Source: a virus (lineage: Duplodnaviria; Caudoviricetes). Taken from it: 25,496 nt of DNA. The position numbers and the translations under genes are program-made. Location: positions 1 through 25,496 of IMG/VR virus record IMGVR_UViG_3300031519_006695; one strand, written 5' to 3'. Positions 23,172 to 25,496 of the stretch are shown piece by piece (within the stretch, counting starts at the first letter, position 1; every line of letters begins with the position of its first letter). The notes under the pieces were generated by a model. The model ran no database searches. It saw nothing but the letters and a program-made list of their open reading frames with translations, and was not told the origin of the DNA.

Positions 23172-23200
23172 ATTATAGCATATTTAATTGTAACAGTCAA
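23172..23200 (-). promoter_or_regulatory. Sigma70-type promoter TTGACT-N17-TATAAT (extended -10 TGn) for uvsE
   Basis: The minus strand reads TTGACT (23200-23195), 17 nt ending in TGC, then TATAAT (23177-23172). Confidence 0.8.
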
Positions 23201-23691
23201 GTTAATTGTTCTCTAATCTTTCTACGACGAATAATATTCTTATTATAATTGTAAGGATGCATTTGTTTATAGTACTGTGTTTTCTCTAATTGTTTACTAG
23301 CATCATCTATTTCAGTAAGCTGTTGTATAAAAACCATAGTATATAATTCAAACATTGATTGTAAAAACCATAGATCTTTATTTTGCACACTAACAAAGCT
23401 ATTTAGAGCATCAACACCACCTGTAAGTTGTAGTTGGTTTATTATGTTATCATCAGTGTCTGCAGCAATTATTACAATTTTGTGTGTGTAATCAAAATTA
23501 TTACATTCAGTTGCAACTGTTGACCAAAAATTATGCAGATTCATTTCTGGAACTTTAACTATCTTTGCTTTTTTGTCTGTCCAAATAGATTTTGCATAAG
23601 GACATCTTGAACCTTTATTAATAGAATTTTGGACGTCTAATGTTTCTATCCATCCTTCTAAGTAATTTTCTAATTCATCTAAGTTTTTCAT
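23197..23691 (-). CDS. Hypothetical protein with an N-terminal CPYA motif, 164 aa
   Basis: Co-oriented ORF packed 1 nt after the glycosyltransferase. WIE.L......RCPYAK is reminiscent of DUF1415-like proteins (weak). Confidence 0.65.
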   Translation of the reverse strand: MKNLDELENYLEGWIETLDVQNSINKGSRCPYAKSIWTDKKAKIVKVPEMNLHNFWSTVATECNNFDYTHKIVIIAADTDDNIINQLQLTGGVDALNSFVSVQNKDLWFLQSMFELYTMVFIQQLTEIDDASKQLEKTQYYKQMHPYNYNKNIIRRRKIREQLT

Positions 23692-23692
23692 T

Positions 23693-24550
23693 TTATTTCC
23701 AGTTGTTTACTACCCAAGGGTCTTGACAATTATGAGGATTTGGATCTCCGTGAAACACTGTAATAACACAATCTTTTGGTGGCTCTACATGTTCTATTTT
23801 TTTAAAGATTCTATGCCCCTTTGTTCTTCCGGGTTCAAATTCTCTTGAATTTCTTATTTCCCATTTCCAACTTCTTATCCAACTATCAGGAAACAATTTT
23901 GCAGGTATCCCGGCGTTTGTTGATGCATCATATAACCAATCTTGATCTCCAAAAAATCTATTTTGTACTTCTTTCCAATTTTTAGAATAATCTTGCCATA
24001 ACTTTTCAAGTTGTCCTGTTCTAAAACGTATAACTGAACTATTATATTTTTTCCAGTCTGGTCGCATTGCTCTAGTAAAATCTCTAATAATACACCAATC
24101 GTTTGGAGAATAATCAAATATCTGATCAATGTTATCCGAAACAACCACATCTAAATCCAAGTATAAAACTGTTCCTTTAATTGGTAAGTTACTAAAGATA
24201 TAAGGTTTACACCACCACCCTTGTAAAAACTTGGGCAAAGCAATAATTTTTATATTTGGGTTAATATCAGTTCCATCATCTGTTAAGCAACAAAATTCAA
24301 ATGGCAAAGTACAATGACGACTAACCATATTATACAATGTATTAACATAATCTGCAGAGTACTTGATTCCGTGTTTTACGCAAATTATATAAATTTGACC
24401 TGGATCAATTTGTGGAGTTTGTACTACAACATTCTCTGCAATTCCACCGCTAGTTTTTAAGGCGAGCTTGTTAGCCTTTTGTTCAGATTTTAATCGACGG
24501 TATTCTTCTTTGCTATACTTTAACTTATCTAGTTTAGTCATGCTATTCAC
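23693..24550 (-). CDS. Glycosyltransferase, GT-A fold (GT8-like)
   Basis: IICVKHG.KY..DYVN.L, FCCLTD, GWWCK, LYLDLDVVV (DxD), YNSSV, GDQDW and VFHGDPNPH. The true start may be the Met three codons downstream. Confidence 0.85.
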   Translation of the reverse strand: MNSMTKLDKLKYSKEEYRRLKSEQKANKLALKTSGGIAENVVVQTPQIDPGQIYIICVKHGIKYSADYVNTLYNMVSRHCTLPFEFCCLTDDGTDINPNIKIIALPKFLQGWWCKPYIFSNLPIKGTVLYLDLDVVVSDNIDQIFDYSPNDWCIIRDFTRAMRPDWKKYNSSVIRFRTGQLEKLWQDYSKNWKEVQNRFFGDQDWLYDASTNAGIPAKLFPDSWIRSWKWEIRNSREFEPGRTKGHRIFKKIEHVEPPKDCVITVFHGDPNPHNCQDPWVVNNWK

Positions 24551-25337
24551 TTTTTATAGCGTCAGTAATTTTCACAATACTTTTAATTACACTTTCAAAG
24601 TCTTTTAAGTGCAATGCATTAGGGCCATCACTTGGAGCATTATCAGGATCACGATGTACCTCTAAAAAGAAATTCCTAATCCCCAAAGCAGCACCTGCAC
24701 GACATAAGCCAGGAACGTAATCGCGGTTGCCGCCGCTACTACTTCCAAGACCGCCTGGTTTCTGTACTGCGTGGGTGGCATCCAATATAATAGGCACGTT
24801 GTAATTATTAAGCATGTAATCCAAGCCGGTAAAATCAACCACCAAAGTGTTATATCCAAAACTTGTTCCTCTTTCGGTTATCCAAACTTCTTTGGCACCA
24901 GTAGTTTTAGAAAGGATACTCTCAACGTCCCAGGGTGCAAGGAACTGTCCTTTTTTAATATTAACAATCTTATCTGTGTTACATGCGGCTGTTATTAAAT
25001 CAGTTTGTCTACATAAAAATGCTGGAATTTGTAAAACATCTACTAAGTCAGAGTACTCAGAGTTGATTAATTCAATTTGCTCAACAGTATGTACATCTGT
25101 TAATATTTTTATATTACCGCCGTTTTTTTGTTTTAGTAGTTTAAAGTCGTTCATTGTTTGTTCAAAGCCAACGCCTCGAATTCCGTCTTTACTACTCCTG
25201 TTTGCTTTATCAAAACTTGCTTTAAAAATATAATCAACGCCTAGTTCTTCGCAGACTCGTCTACAATGAACTGCTATCTCATAACTTTCGTACATACTTT
25301 CATGTTGACAGGGGCCTGCTATAATTCTAACTGTCAT
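24543..25337 (-). CDS. kdsA: 3-deoxy-D-manno-octulosonate 8-phosphate (KDO8P) synthase
   Basis: IAGPC, KASFDKANRSS, QIPAFLCRQTDL, NIKKGQFLAPWD, ERGTSFGY, DATHAVQKPGG and EVHRDPDNAPSDG. Confidence 0.96.
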   Translation of the reverse strand: MTVRIIAGPCQHESMYESYEIAVHCRRVCEELGVDYIFKASFDKANRSSKDGIRGVGFEQTMNDFKLLKQKNGGNIKILTDVHTVEQIELINSEYSDLVDVLQIPAFLCRQTDLITAACNTDKIVNIKKGQFLAPWDVESILSKTTGAKEVWITERGTSFGYNTLVVDFTGLDYMLNNYNVPIILDATHAVQKPGGLGSSSGGNRDYVPGLCRAGAALGIRNFFLEVHRDPDNAPSDGPNALHLKDFESVIKSIVKITDAIKSE

Positions 25338-25496
25338 CTTTTCTTCCTAAATCTTTGTCTTTTTCATAGATTGCTGAGTTAGATCCATGTTCTGCACATT
25401 CTGCACTTACACAAAAACAACGATCATTAGTTGCTTTTCGTACAAGTTTGTCTGCAAAGTTAAATGCATGTTCTGCAAACTTCTCAGCACCAACAC
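25327..25496 (-). CDS. queD: 6-pyruvoyl/6-carboxy-tetrahydropterin synthase (QueD-like), C-terminal part only
   Basis: Manual translation ...VGAEKFAEHAFNFADKLVRKATNDRCFCVSAECAEHGSNSAIYEKDKDLGRKDDS*. The 'E..A' helix and terminal 'E...NSA.Y' strand match the end of the QueD/PTPS T-fold. Only 55 aa are visible. Confidence 0.7.
   Translation of the reverse strand, partial: VGAEKFAEHAFNFADKLVRKATNDRCFCVSAECAEHGSNSAIYEKDKDLGRKDDS

Noticed and set aside
1334-24859. Short minus-strand alternative-frame ORFs (1334..1525, 21279..21512, 22467..22691, 22698..22919, 23875..24150, 24662..24859)
   Set aside because: They are nested in or overlap recognised genes, with no motif support.
1151-24998. Many plus-strand ORFs in the track (e.g. 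3943..4143, 6301..6864, 11833..12213, 13497..13958, 14346..14651, 22618..22926, 24771..24998)
   Set aside because: They are antisense shadows of well-supported minus-strand genes. Their P/V/L/S-rich translations are what the reverse complement of G/T/A-rich codons produces, and they show no recognisable motifs.
1-25496. tRNA, rRNA or ncRNA genes and classical intrinsic terminators
   Set aside because: Intergenic gaps are at most about 60 nt and AT-rich. I saw no cloverleaf or GC stem followed by a U-tract.

Overview
This is an AT-rich, gene-dense segment of a large tailed bacteriophage genome with T4-like features. An aquatic, light-exposed phage is plausible from uvsE and mazG, but the host cannot be determined here. 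All credible genes but one lie on the minus strand. In transcription order (high to low coordinates) they are: the 3' end of queD, kdsA, a GT8-like glycosyltransferase, a hypothetical protein, uvsE, a coiled-coil hypothetical, a small 2-TM membrane protein missing from the ORF track, and a lone plus-strand CxxC/CxxC protein. A virion block follows, headed by an IscA/HesB Fe-S carrier: a 2900-aa mosaic fibre protein, two more gp9/gp10-like proteins, a fibre ending in a cupredoxin-like domain, an S8 protease with an extra zincin-like domain, and an Ig-repeat protein. The window ends with a 173-aa DnaE fragment that stops just before the catalytic motif, a hypothetical, a GroES-like co-chaperonin and the 5' part of mazG. 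T4-type late promoter motifs (TATAAATA-like) precede most structural genes. Near-consensus sigma70 promoters precede uvsE and the DnaE fragment. The best leads are the apparently intein-less split mini-DnaE, the phycobiliprotein-like helical repeats in the giant virion protein, and the metal-binding or protease modules on virion proteins. All family calls come from recognising motifs by eye; no searches were run.
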